This document shows positions 41,577 through 55,520 of a stretch of 64,000 nt of DNA, in pieces. The stretch's first letter is position 1; every line of letters begins with the position of its first letter. The DNA lies in assembly GCA_951406725.2 (NCBI GenBank), contig OX597835.1:8618001-8682000 (forward strand). The letters are read 5' to 3'. The position numbers were made by a program, and so were the translations under genes. The notes beneath the pieces were generated by a model. That model searched no databases, had not been told where the DNA came from, and was given only the letters and a program-made list of their open reading frames with translations. Source of the DNA: Octopus vulgaris. Taxonomy: Eukaryota.

Positions 41577-42655
41577 ATGCTTGCCTCACAGATATTTAGA
41601 AAATACAATGTGATGAAAGATGTCAGGAAGAAGTTGATTGCTGTTCGCTCTTCATCTTATATTCATTACTCGTCCATTTAGTCCATTACGCCCATTTAGT
41701 CCATTACGCAGTGCCCTTCTTGCCCTTGCTGAGACAAACCAAATTGAGTACCATTTATTACATTATAAAGTGTATTGCCATTCGCATAGCATTTCTTGTC
41801 TTTGTTCTGAAACGAATATGCAAGCATCAGTTGTTTGAAGATGCAATATTTGATTTTAAAAAAGGATTGAGAGACAAGGTAGCATTTTCCTCTAAGAGCC
41901 GTTCATATACAACTCATATCAGTCTCTTCATTATCTAAAAGCAGTTTTGTAGGTTTTGAAAAACCAAGTCCAGCAAATGATGTTTTCCTTTTAACAAATA
42001 CATTCTCTTCAAACTATGTATGCACTCACAGATATTTCGAGTTAATCGCTTTCCTTAAAAATATTTTGCCTAATACTCTAATCACTATATTCATATGCAA
42101 TTAAATACGGTGAACAGCAATTAGCGTCCTTTCTTTTTCAATGACACTCGAGATCAAAATTCATTTATATCTAAACGCAGATATAGACTATGGTGTAGAA
42201 ATCAATGTCATTTAAATCACTTAAAACGGATGATTAATTTCTGGAATTGATGACGTCGACCGACTAAACAATAACAGAGAAATGTGTGTCATATTGGAAT
42301 AATTGTGTTTTTATTTATGCCTTTATATATGTTTTTAATGTGATTTTTCAATAGTTTAGAGCGGAGTGAGGTGTCTACTTCAGTTTCGAGATATAATTAA
42401 AGAAATGTTATTACTTCCTCATTTATATCTATGAACATTGGAGAAGAAAACTGTCAAATGCAACACAATAGGCAAGTCATATAATTGAAATATAAATATT
42501 TCTTTTTTTATTTGTCTTTGCGATCAATTTTTGTTAAGCCAAGAGAGTAGGGAGGCCATATGAAGAAGTTGAAAAACATTTGTGAACCTCTGGTGTAAAT
42601 ACATACTCACTCACCAAAACACGCGCGTATGCACACGTACACACACAGATATATA

Positions 42656-43160
42656 CGAGGGCAAGTCAAAATTTATCAGCACTTTTGCCATAACATTTTT
42701 GTCACACTGCCTTTTGCGCATGCGTGCTTATAGTTGCTACCATCGTGGTCACGTGATCGAAGTGTGAGCCTGATCGCGCAATTTTTTTTCCAGCTTTACA
42801 ATGTAAGCATGGCCGCTTCATTAACAATGTGCACCAAAGTAGGACAAAGAGCATTGGTCCGATTACTGTAGTCGGAAGGTGTCTCAGGTGCTGAAATTCA
42901 TGGGAGGTTTTTAGCACAATATGACTACAATGCACTACCGCATAGAAGTATGTGCGGGGGGATGGAGAGGTACGAAGAGGGAGCCTGGCGTACGAAGTGA
43001 GAGCAGGACTCCCGTTAACCTCCACCACTTACGAGAAGATTCGGTAAGCTCGAAAGATGATAATGGTGAGCCGGTTCAACATTACCATCTGTAGAAGGCA
43101 GTGTGACAATAATAAATGGATGTTATGAGGAAAAGGCACATAAAGTTTGACTTACCCTCG
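42656..43160 (+). mobile_element. internally deleted mariner element
   Basis: TIRs cgagggcaagtcaaaattta / cgagggtaagtcaaacttta with TA TSDs. N-terminal transposase from 42809 MAASLTMCTKVGQRALVRLL*SEGVSGAEIHGRFLAQY. Confidence 0.85.
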
Positions 43161-43213
43161 TATTTCGCAAGTTAGTTAGATAGATTGATAGATAGATAGA
43201 TAGATAGATAGGC

Positions 43214-43260
<47 letters not shown>

Positions 43261-43279
43261 CATATATATATATATATAT

Positions 43280-43335
<56 letters not shown>

Positions 43336-43356
43336 GTAGATAGATAGATAGGTAGG

Positions 43357-43432
<76 letters not shown>

Positions 43433-43662
43433 GACAGAAAAAAGTATATATTCAATGCACAAACTTATGATCGAATGAGGGTGACGGCTTGGCATTTGAA
43501 TGGGTGCAAGCAAGAATAAAGGAGATTTTGGCGGGGTGAGGCCGCCATATCTGAACATTATTAAGCACTTTCACTTAATTTGGTAGACTCTCAATTGACT
43601 TCAAGTACTCATGAATATCGAATTTTCTTCCAAATTCTAAAAGGAATTTCATTTATTTCAGC

Positions 43663-43701
<39 letters not shown>

Positions 43702-43830
43702 TAGGGCTTCTGAGAGACACCACCATGCTGAAATAGCAGTCAAAACCCTGACCTTAAAACCACCTTAAATGTTCATATCGCGCCATGAGAGAAGACAGAA
43801 AGACAAGATAAACTAGAAAAAAAGCTTTTA

Positions 43831-43903
43831 CTGGATAATTCAAGATCCTGGATTTCTGGCTTTGCTTCAGAGAAACTCTGCCTTCTTCAGTTGAATATAC
43901 CAG
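43831..43903 (-). ncRNA. type I hammerhead candidate in a TA-flanked element (43698-43921)
   Basis: Minus strand ctggtatattcaa-CTGAAGA-a-ggc...gcc-a-GAAAT-ccagg-ATC-ttgaattatccag; long stem I, AUC triplet. Confidence 0.65.
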
Positions 43904-43919
43904 ATAGGCACATAAATAC

Positions 43920-43965
<46 letters not shown>

Positions 43966-44135
43966 TATTTGTTTCTATATTTAGTTAAAATACAATTTTA
44001 CATTATATTAATCTGAGGTTTACTTCATCATTTTGTATTATAAATGTTCATTTTTATACAAAAATATTATTGACAATAACTCCAAAGTTACTATCAGCAA
44101 TATATTGATAAAAAGAAACGTGCATACTCACACAC

Positions 44136-44199
<64 letters not shown>

Positions 44200-44599
44200 A
44201 GAGAGAGAGAGAAGAAACACAGACAACCTATTTTAATTATAATCGTATTCTTATGAACGGAATATGAATGTAAAAAAAAAACAAAAGATCTCTAAATTAA
44301 TTTAGTTGCTATTATCTTCGTTAATATATAAAATTGATGAAATTGATCAATGTACTTTGATAATCAATTTTATGGATTTTGCATACAATTAGACTGAAGA
44401 ACAACCAATGATTAACTAATAACAATTGGTTGCTAATTTTAGCCCAAAATTAATATAATTGTCTTGACATTATCCACATGCGTGCGTCTCTAGAGGTATG
44501 AATACGTGTATGTCTGTGTGTGTATTTATATATATATATATATACTTATTTATATACACACAAATATATATATATATATTGATATAGATATAAACACAA

Positions 44600-44676
<77 letters not shown>

Positions 44677-44819
44677 TGTGTGCGTGTGTGTTCAGTACGG
44701 TATATAATACCACTTGCTAACATCAGAGCCAATGCTCCAAAAACCACCATGAATTCAAGACAAAGATACGCATGAACAATGCAATGAACATATGAAAAAT
44801 AGGCTTACCTTTCTTTTCT

Positions 44820-44930
44820 TCTCTAGACACAAGGCCCGAAAATTTGGAGGAGGCTCCTATCGCTTGGATCTAGCCCAGTATTCAACTGGTACTTAATTTA
44901 TCGACCCCGAAACGATAAAGGCAAAGTGGA
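44820..44930 (-). mobile_element. SINE family C-related fragment
   Basis: actggtacttaatttatcgaccccgaaa.gat.aaggcaaagt. Confidence 0.6.
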
Positions 44931-45661
44931 GAAAAATTTGTTTTAAAGAGATTGGCCTTGCAAAATTTGGGTACGGGTCGGGTGATAACGGTACGCTTAT
45001 AAATATTTTCTTAGTTAAACAATTAAACGGGATTGAGATTTTCATTAAATTAGTAGAAATTCATGCAATTCTCACTGTCTTTTAATTCCAATTAGATGTG
45101 GTCGCTTTATTTTCTGCCAGAATAGTAGCTTTAATATATATATATATATATATATATATTTTATTAAAGATAAAATATTAATGCCACAATGGAAGGTCCC
45201 TCCTTTCAATACAATCGAAAAAAGTAGTGAGAGCATGAATATTTCAACTCCTTCAACAACTCCAAATCAACCAGAGAAAGGTTTAGCACAATACCACATG
45301 TTTTTGTGCGTTGAGATGGAGGATAGTCTACGACATCGATTTTTGAATAAACCAATTACCGAGCCCATGAGCCTGGTATTCATATTATCAGAAAAGTTGG
45401 ACTCAAACTATCTTCCTTGTTTATTTAATATATACGGCTATCACGAACAGGAATAAATATTAACAATCATTTATTCAAATGCTAAAATTGATTTTTACCA
45501 TTTCCTGATTTTTTTTATTTCGTGCAGCCTTATCTCCTGAACCGTGTTTCAGTAAAGTATAATTTTCTTTATTTTAAAGAATCTCTTGGGAAATACTTTT
45601 AATGTTTATTTCAGTCCACCATCACCACCACCATTTATATAAAATCTATTCCACGAAGAGT

Positions 45662-45983
45662 GTGGAGGCGCAATGGCCGAGTGGTTAGGGCAGGGGACTC
45701 GCGGTCGTAGGATCGCGGTTTCGATTCCCAGACCGGACATTGTGAGTGTTTATTGAACAAAAAACACCTAAACGCTCCACGAGGCTCCGGCAGGGGATAG
45801 TGGTGAACCCTGCTGTACTCTTTCACCACAACTTTCTCTCACTCTTTCTTCCTGTTTCTGTTGTACCTGTATTTCAAAGGGCCAGCCTTGTCACACTCTG
45901 TGTCACGCTGAATCTCCACGAGCAAGCTGTTCCGTTGATCGTATCAGCTGGGACCCTCATCATCGTAACCAACGGAGTGCTCC
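45662..45983 (+). mobile_element. SINE family A, internally deleted
   Basis: Matches 50101-50483 with about 60 bp missing. Confidence 0.9.
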
Positions 45984-47334
45984 TATTATTATATTCCCCG
46001 AATACTAAAATCTTTTATCTGTTTCTGTTTTTTTTGTAATCAATAAAATAATTGTATGTGATAGTTACCAACTGTTTCAACTAAGTGGATTTCTGGTAAT
46101 CCGAATATACGTTGAATAGAAGTTTAGTAATCCGTCTGTTGAAATGACCGTTGCATAACACTGCAGGTATTAGAGAGTTGCCAATTATGATGGACATAGC
46201 AGGCAGAACCACAAGCTGTTACGTTAGATTGTAAAAGGAGAAAGCAGACATAAAATAAATGAACTGGTCAACACCAATGTTTCCGCCATGGAGAATTATT
46301 GATTAAATGTGACAGTTCGTCTCGAATGATCGATATATTTTCGGTGTTATCTTCGTTATCAACCATTGATTTTATTGACTCAATTGAGTTTAGTTTTGTT
46401 TTATATTAACTAAATAAATCCAGTTGATTGTGTTGAACAAACACCAGTGTAGTGCAAAGAGGCGAGCTCTAGATTAGTTGAGACTATAATACAGTCTCTA
46501 TTCTTAGTCGATATCACATCTATCGAGAAACGTAGTGAACACTGCATATGATATCTTATTCTCCCTTTGCTAACAAAAGAAAATGGCTGATGACGAATTT
46601 GTCGAATATCTTTTATAGAATGTTTAGTGATATTCACTTAATTCACAACAAACCGGATATCACAAGAATATATTTTTCAACATAAATGCCAACAGATTAC
46701 TGGGAATCATATTATGTAGGTGTAGGCACGAACCTCATTTTTGTGTAGACAGTATAGAGATACTCAAAGAAGTGGATCTCTGTTCACGCAATGTCATGAA
46801 TACGAGAAAATCCCCCCAGATAATACACGATAATGAGACGTTTTTATAAAATTACAAGCGTAAGGAACATACGTAGATATTGCAGTTCTTATTCAATGAA
46901 ATATATAAGAATGTATTACATTCTTACTACTAGAAGTAGCAGCTAAATTTTCAGCAAACGACACAACACATTCTTAAACGTGCACATGACATACAGTTGA
47001 ATGTGTTTGCTGATAACGCTGCGCACTAACACGTCGGACACCCTAGACATTAAGGTTTTGTTCTGATAAATTAAACAATAATATATCTACAATATTCAGT
47101 TTCAATATCGCCTTTAATGCTGGATTGAAGTATCATCTGTAGTGAATTTCGTTGTGAATGAAGGTGAACACTTCCTCGACCTATCCAAGGTAATTTAACA
47201 CTGATTTTTCTTTGATAAAAATATAAATATTTATATATTTACTTTTCTCTACACGAGTAAAAGTAATTTTGTTTGATATACATGATTGGTCCGAAATTCC
47301 CATTTTCAGGAAAGAATAAAGACACACACACATG

Positions 47335-47365
<31 letters not shown>

Positions 47366-47368
<3 letters not shown>

Positions 47369-47763
47369 TTATATATAAAAGAGAGGTTGTGTGCTGTCTG
47401 TCTCCTACGATTTAGATTCCTAACTACTCCCACATTTTGCGGTGCAGTTTAACCAAAACCGGGTATCTTATAGTCGTGATTCATATCGAGCCCTTCTGGG
47501 TATTAGCGCGCGTCTACGATGAGTCTACGACTTAAAAAAAAATTACCATGAATTTTTCCCATTTTTAATGCATTTTTGGCATATATAAGGGAGGTAACTG
47601 TCTAAAAATTTATTATTAAATCTCAGAACGTAGAAAGCTACAGTAACAGCCCCACCCCTTTGTGGTTAGCCATATTGAGATGGCTATTATACTTTACATC
47701 TCTAAAAATGCTTATATAGTTATTTCCCTTACAAACCCGAGCAACGCCGGGCGATACTGCTAG
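47366..47763 (+). mobile_element. non-autonomous Helitron
   Basis: 5' A|TCTTTATATATAAAA; subterminal GC hairpin cccgagcaacgccggg (47736-47751); 3' CTAG|T; inserted in (AT)n without a TSD. Confidence 0.85.
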
Positions 47764-49080
47764 TATATATATATATATATATCGGTGTAAGGCTATAGTA
47801 TAAGATACTTGCTGAACGCTGTAACGCTGTGGTGCTAGACTTGGAACTGTGAAATCAAAATCTTAAATTTGTATTGTGATTTTGCATTATATTATCAGCC
47901 CCGAATTAATAATGGGTAAAGCGTTATTCGAACCCATCACAGAGAGGGAAAAAATTCAATGAAAACTCGCTCTGCGTGTCCTGTCATTACACTGGCCACA
48001 TTTAAATCACATAACACATGACCTTCGATTCTGTCTGAACCATGAACCCTCTTAATTAAAATGAATCTGATTAAATCTGTAGTTATGAAGCACGGAACAT
48101 TAGAGTTAATAGCGACGGAAACTAATACGATAACGGCAATATAGATGTTTTTTTGCTTTATTGTATCAACATGCTAATTTTTTTCTATTTCTTTTTTGGA
48201 TTTTTTTTTTTAGTTTTTGTTTTATATCATGGATATTGCTATCTTCCATTTTTTTGTTAGTAAAGTACATAGATATTAACGACGTGAAATCGAATCGGCT
48301 ATAAATATCAACGTATCGATTGAAAACATCAGTAACGGTTTCATCGATCATTTCCCTTGCAAATGTTTTACATCAGACAGGGGAAGAGATAACGTTTCAG
48401 TCTGGCTGCCATGTTAGCCGTGAAATTATGATGAAAATTCGCTCCATTTACTTGCTTCGAACTGAGTAATATCAAGTGCGTGCCGTAACTTCTAAATCAC
48501 TAGCTTCGTCTGCGTGTGTTGGCAACACTACTTAATCTAATTAAGTATTCTTTTGTTTTCAATAATACCCCTTTGAGATACGTTAATTCGTCTCTGAGAT
48601 AAAAGAAGAGTGTCGTAAAATAAAACAAAAATATAATTAAAAAAATTAACATCAAACAAAATACATTTTATGTTGAAAATCAAATATTAAGTTTCACAGC
48701 TGGAACCTCTTTTCTGTTATGTGTGGTTCTGGGAATCGCCAAAAGGTGGCGCTCTTCTGAGTCTCGAAATTCCGCCGTCTATTTTTACACCTATATCCTT
48801 TCACTTGTGTCACGCAACAACAGAACGTAATATCAATATTACAAATCTAAATATGAGTGTCATTGTGAATTTAATAAGTGAATTATATTAGAGTGGTTCG
48901 AATATAGAAGAGTTACTGATAGTAATGTAATGCTATGAAATTCTACACTGTGCAGTCGATTTAGCTGGAAGAAGGTGCAACGCCAGATGCGCATGGTGTT
49001 ATATAATATAGAATATCATATAAAGAAGTCACGGTAACTTGACGGCAGTTGTTCACAGCTGGATTTCTATGATTGATATT

Positions 49081-49722
49081 TATTTCTTTACTGCTCAGAA
49101 GAAGCTACACACAGAGGGGACAAACAAGGACAGACAAACAGATTAAGTCGATTACATCGACCCCAGTGCGTAACTGGTACTTATTTAATCGACTCCGAAA
49201 GGATGAAAGGCAAAGTCGACCTCGGCGGAATTTGAACTCAGGGCGTAATGGCAGACGAAATACGGCTATGCATCTCGCCCGGGGTGCTAACAGCTCGCAG
49301 TTTGATATTGATTATTTACAAAGGTTGAGTCGACTACATCAACCCAAGTATTCGACCGGTACTTATTTTATCGATCCTTAGGGGATAAAAGGTAAATTTG
49401 ATCCCGGTGTAATTTGAACTCAGAACCTAAATTCTGAAGAAAGACCCGCTAAGCAGTCTTGTCCGGCATGCTACCGATTCTACAATCTCGCTGTCTTACT
49501 CTATAGCAAATATTGTCTTCAAAGGTTGAGATAAGGTTTCGAGAAATGGGCTAAATCGGTTATGTCGACCCCAATGCAAAACTGGTATTTAATTCACTGA
49601 CGCTGGAAGTATAAAAGACAAATTCGACCTCGGTGAAATTTCAACTCACAACCATAAATTAGGACGTTATCCCGCTAAGCATTTCGCCCGCTGTGCTTAA
49701 CGATCCTGTCTTTTCGCCGCCT
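49081..49722 (-). mobile_element. three tandem SINE family C copies (49081-49298, 49325-49497, 49530-49722)
   Basis: Each repeats tcgacccca...ggta...aaag.caaa.tcgacctcgg...aactca. Confidence 0.8.
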
Positions 49723-50100
49723 TCTTTACAGGAAATATTCACTTCAGAATCTTGTGCTTAATTTCATAACTTTCATTTTGGGGCTGCGCTTAAAATTCTG
49801 GTGTTTCTGTATTTATCGAGCAATTAGAACACAAATTATTATCCATGTACGGTTATAATTAGTATATACAAAATGTAACCGTTTAAAAGTGATTTAAGAA
49901 GGGAACCGTAAACCACATTTAATAGGTTACAAACTTGGTGTAAACCCTTTCACATATTTTTTATGGTAAGTGAAACCCGCTTAACAACAACATTCTTATA
50001 GTTAGCAATAACATCGGAACGGTTTACCTTAATTACAAAGACGTGTAAATCACTAATTCGTAATTAAATGTTTTTTCTAACTTACGTTGTAGTTTATTTA

Positions 50101-50483
50101 TGGAGGCGCAATGGCCCAGTGGTTAGGGCAGCGGACTCGCGGTCGTAGGATCGCGGTTTCGATTCCCAGACCGGGCGTTGTGAGTGTTTATTGAGCGAAA
50201 ACACCTAAAAGCTCCATGAGGCTCCGGCAGGGATGGTGGTGATCCCTGCTGTACTCTTTCACCACAACTTTCTCTCACACTTACTTCCTGTTTCTGTTGT
50301 ACCTGTATTTCAAAGGGCCGGCCTTGTCACTCTCTGTGTCACGCTGAATATCCCCGAGAACTACGTTAAGGGTACACGTGTCTGTGGAGTGCTCAGCCAC
50401 TTACACGTTAATTTCACGAGCAGGCTGTTCCGTTGATCGGATCAACCGGAACCCTCGTCATCGTAACCGACGGAGTGCTTCCA
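50101..50483 (+). mobile_element. SINE family A with a 12-bp TSD
   Basis: TSD tgtagtttattt at 50088-50099 and 50484-50495. Confidence 0.95.
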
Positions 50484-51189
50484 TGTAGTTTATTTGCTTT
50501 CTGCAATCTCGCTGTGTTCCAAATCTCATCCAGAGATCTCAAGTAACGGCACATTAGACTTTTTACTATGGGTGTCATTTATGATTAGCAATGTTACAGT
50601 GTATGGGAAGGAGACTAGTATTGCAGAACAAACATTCTATTATATTTGTATTATTTCAGTTTGCAAAGACAATCAAGTATTTTCAAACTAACAATGTTTT
50701 TCGAAGTATGTGGACAGTGCTCAAGAGAACAAGTATATATAGGTCTGATACCTTGAGATTTACTGGTATTTTGCTAAAATAGTTTAAGGCTACCAACTGG
50801 TATTGTCGCCAAAGCTCCGCTTCTTAGATACAGCATATCTGAGACCTTTATTTTAAGGTCCTTATTTTTACTTCACTTTTCAAATACTTTTTGAAAAGTG
50901 TTGCAGTCTGCTGGCATTGATACATCTAGAAACAGATATGTTTGCCAATATAATTTTTTACCATAATATATGGCGAAATGGTGGTGGTGTAATTCCCTTA
51001 CGAGACTGTCACGTTGAGTTGACAGTATACAACCACAATATCGCTCCACCACCGCTCATGTCTCTCTGAGACATTTAGAAATTCAATATTTCTAATGTTG
51101 GTGATCAGTAAATAAATATTACTGAAAATAGGATATATTTGCAGAGAGGTTGCAGTCATATCTGCCAGCGAGACCTGCTACCCTAGATG

Positions 51190-51690
51190 GTAACATCGCG
51201 CGGAAGTGTTTGTGTCAGTTTTTCGGATTTGCGGTTATGAGTTGAATTTTGTTGATTATTGTTGTTAAAAACTGTTGCTTTGTGTTGAACTTTATAATTG
51301 TTGAATTCTTTGTTATAATTGTTGAATTCTTTATGCGAAAGCAACAGGCAACAGCCTGTCTGCGGACGCATTACGGTTAAAAGAAGTACTCATGGAGAAA
51401 TAAAATCTGAGGAGATACTACGACAGCTTCATAAAGGAAGGAGACTGTCTTAGGATTACAACACCTGAAGACGAAGTTAAAAAAGCTGAGTAAAAACCCA
51501 TAACATACAGAACATGGAGTGTGTTCTCAGAAAGACTAGAAGTGACAGAAGGAGAAGAGATTGAAAAATGTTTACAAGAAATAAAAGGAAGATCTACATT
51601 CTACAATAGAGGTAGAAATTACGCAACAGTAGAAGTTCTCATTGAAAATGAAGATGAAGCAAAAAGGAATGCAATGACAGATTGAGATCA
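51190..51690 (+). pseudogene. probable LINE (L1/Tx1-like) 5' UTR plus ORF1 remnant
   Basis: Purine-rich broken frame from 51392 ...DCLRITTPEDEVKKAE / ITYRTWSVFSERLEVTEGEEIEKCLQEIKGRSTFYNRGRNYATVEVLIENEDEAK; family assignment is from recall only. Confidence 0.35.
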
Positions 51691-53279
51691 GCATTGTAAT
51701 CTAATCTATCTCTATCTCTTTATATATGTGTGTATGTCTATGGGTGTGTGTGTATGTATGCATGTATATTGTATATGTATGTAATATATATGTATGTATA
51801 AATATACATATACACACTTATTTATATATACAGGTGCGTGTGAGTGCGTACGTGTGTGTGTGTGTATGTGTGTGTCTGTGTGTCTGTTTCTGTGTCTGTG
51901 TGTCCGTCGGTCTTCTCTATAATTAGCGTCTAAGATATTCCACTCCCAATATTTTCGTTTAATTTTTAGGAAAAAAGTAAATCGTAATTTTTTCTTGAAA
52001 TGAAAGAAAAAAATTAAAAAGGGAAAAATACGGGGTGTTCGTAAGTGATGAAACAATATTGAACGAATGTAGAAAATGTGCGAATGAATAAAATGACACG
52101 TCTTCAATGCTTTTATAGAAATCTCATGAATATCTAAAATTTACAATAACCACTATCACGGCAACCGGCATAATACTAGCATTCTTAGCAGAAGAATCGA
52201 ATCCAAATTTATTGATAGTATAGAAAACAATGCGATTATTCTTTGCTGTCAATTCTCAAGAGATTCCCATAAGTAGGTGTATTACCGTTATTTCTGTTTT
52301 TTATTTATTTATTTTTATTTTTGTTTTCGGTTTTGAACATAAAATCTTCCACTTTAAATACAGGAAATCTTAGAAAAGCAATATGTCACAGAAACAAAGA
52401 ATAGCAATTCTTTTTTATCAATACCCAACCTTATTGTAATTTGCCGACTCCACCACCACCACCACCACCACCACCACCACCACCACTACCATCACCACGA
52501 CCACCATCACCACCACCAGCAGCGCCACCAACGTTAGTCTCATTTTGTTTGCTTTTGTTCTTCTTGTCTTGCATAACATTCTTGTAATTCTTCCATTATC
52601 ATTTCCCTCCTCTTTCTTCCGCAGTTTCTCGCTCTTCTTCTTCTTCTTCTTCTTCTTCTTCTTCTTCTTCTTCTTCTTCTTCTTCTTCTTCTTCTTCTTC
52701 TCTTCTTTTTCTTCTCTACCTCCTGCTAGCTTTGTACCACTTCCGTTCTCCATGATACACAATCTATCGATGTTCTACAATCAATCAAATGCTGGTAGAT
52801 TGTCTTATTGAAATTAATGTGCACCGATATGATGTGAAATTCTGTCAGCATTTCAGTTTACCAGTCATACATCCGGTATCTATGGAAGTTATGCCAGACA
52901 GACAATGGCTTTTAATTTCGCCGATTTTCCCTAATATTTATTTTTATTTCTTGCCACCAGAACATTACGTGATGACTGAAAATATTAGCCTTTCACAGAC
53001 TATAAATCAGAAAGATACTACATCACATGCTATTTACACTGAGCCAATACATTAAATACAGAGAATTTCCGTCATTAAATGATGTCTGTGCACACAACTC
53101 AGACATTTACAGCCCTTAACATAAATTAAAAAATGTTGAACTCAAATAAATCAATCGTTTAAACTCAGGTATGAATGAGCATCGTTCGTCAATTGTTAAA
53201 TTAAAACTTATGGAGTGATTTACCGGGTTACGCAAAAAATTAGCCATTCATTTATCCCACCAACAAATACTAATTTGAA

Positions 53280-53311
<32 letters not shown>

Positions 53312-53335
53312 GATTCAAATACATATATGATTCAA

Positions 53336-53370
<35 letters not shown>

Positions 53371-53371
53371 T

Positions 53372-53432
<61 letters not shown>

Positions 53433-53527
53433 TCAAATATATATATGATTCAAAATCTGACAGCGTGCGTATCGTTGGCGATTTTTTCCCTCCGTCTTCC
53501 CTTCCTTGGATCTTTCCTTTTCCTATG

Positions 53528-53560
53528 TTTCTGACGAAGAGCCCCGCTCGAAACGTTAAA
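53528..53560 (+). ncRNA. minimal type I hammerhead ribozyme (PLE type) in a short TA-associated element (about 53455-53665)
   Basis: ttt-CTGACGA-a-gagc-ccc-gctc-GAAAC-GTT-aaa; stem III reduced to a palindromic ACGT. Confidence 0.7.
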
Positions 53561-54519
53561 TCCTCCTTCTTTCTTTCCTTTCCTGAGCGTCCAATAACAC
53601 TATACTTGTTCCACGTATTCGCGTCGTTGTGTTTTCATGTTTGGATTAAATTTATACATATATATTTGTTAATATTTGAAATGTTAGAGTTATTTTTCGC
53701 TATTTATCCAATACAGCCCTTAAAAAGTAAATAGTATTTTCCTAAACAATAGATCCACTTATTTCTGTTAGTAACTTATTCACGAATATACCAACACTAG
53801 CGCCGCTGAGGGCAATATGCTCTGGGAACACACAAAGGCTCTTTTCAGAGTTATTTACTTTGAATTGTTATTATCTCATATCTGATTAGCCTGTTATTAC
53901 ACAGCATGCTTAACGATTTTAGTATACATGCCTTATTAGTTTTTTCCTCCTAAGTTCTATATACTCTAGAGATATTTTTAACCAACGTACCTGTACTTGC
54001 TTTAGTATCATTACTATTAAAATAAATATATATCAAGTTTGTATCAGGTTTATGATATCGTCTATCGACATGTAACAAGATTCAGGTTAAAATTTAAATA
54101 ATTAACATAATCATGTTCGTTTTCAATGGAAATAGATAAACCAAATCTTAAAAAAAATCCATGAAGTCTTTTCATATACAGATCCAATATCCTATTGGAT
54201 AGAATATTAATTAAACGCAGTGCATCACTCTAATACAATCCACTTTTAAGTTTTGGAAATTCACTACCTAAATAAAACATAATGTATAAACCTAGAACAT
54301 CGGTACCTGGGCAGAATCAGCTGATCTCGTAGTAATATCAAAACCGTCATGACTATTTTTCTAATCTAGTATTTATCAGCAAATAAAATTATTGATTTTC
54401 TAGCGCCTAAAATTATTTTAAAAATGTCTTTTAAATAAGGTTAAATCTATTTTTCAAACGCAAATAGCAAATAAGTAAACATTTACAGACGTGTTTGACT
54501 TTAACTGAGACTGGTGAGT

Positions 54520-54890
54520 CAAAATAACATTGGTGGAACTTAAAATTAAAACAGCCATCAAGGGAAAACACAACAGACCAGACATTGTTGTGTGGGATCA
54601 TAGGGAGATATGCTCTGTTGTGGAAATCAGCAGCAATATGGACACGAATGTGGTTAGAAACACACGTTTATGGACGATTGATTTTACACATCAAATACCA
54701 AAGGTATAATTTCAGCTTCATAGCTGTTATTATTGGAGCAACAGGATACATGCCATCTCGTCTGTAGTGAAATATTGCTGAATCTGATATCTTGGGGAGA
54801 GAGCGCAAATCCTTCATTCTTACTCTGTAAAAGATCTCGATATCAGGGAATATAAAAATCTGCTGCACCACCAAAAGAGTTAAAGGACTA
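54520..54890 (+). pseudogene. RLE-type non-LTR retrotransposon endonuclease remnant (R4/Dong/NeSL-like)
   Basis: HNRPDIVVWDHREICSVVEIS..DTN (from 54569) and YGRL...FIAVIIGATGYMP..L...*KISISGNIKIC. Confidence 0.7.
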
Positions 54891-55228
54891 CGAATAAGTC
54901 CGATGCTTTCTTTCACAATCTTGCTATGAAATATAAATATAAATAGCCGGGCATAATTTACTCACAATGAAAAAAAGTGAAAGAGAACACACACATGAAT
55001 ACATACATACACACACATACATACATATATACATACAAACATGCATAAATACATACTTGCATATGTACGTACATATATAGATACACAAGTATACACATAT
55101 ATACACATACACAGATAATTATATATAAATTATCTATAATGTCTATCAACAATGTTTGATTTAGCATCCACATTTCGTTAAATATATTCCTTTGAAGTCA
55201 TTAAAAGTTAGTTCTTTAAAATATGGTG

Positions 55229-55520
<292 letters not shown>

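Larger units (their letters stand above)
37641..42603 (+). repeat. local tandem duplication, copy 2 (with extra insertions)
   Basis: Paralogous to 30878-34318; interrupted by an RTE fragment and family B SINEs. Confidence 0.85.

Noticed and set aside
48737-48753. CTCF-like motif cgccaaaaggtggcgct
   Set aside because: A single imperfect match with no functional context.
53281-53455. CRISPR-like repeat-spacer appearance
   Set aside because: 7-bp units with TA-only spacers in eukaryotic DNA; no cas genes.
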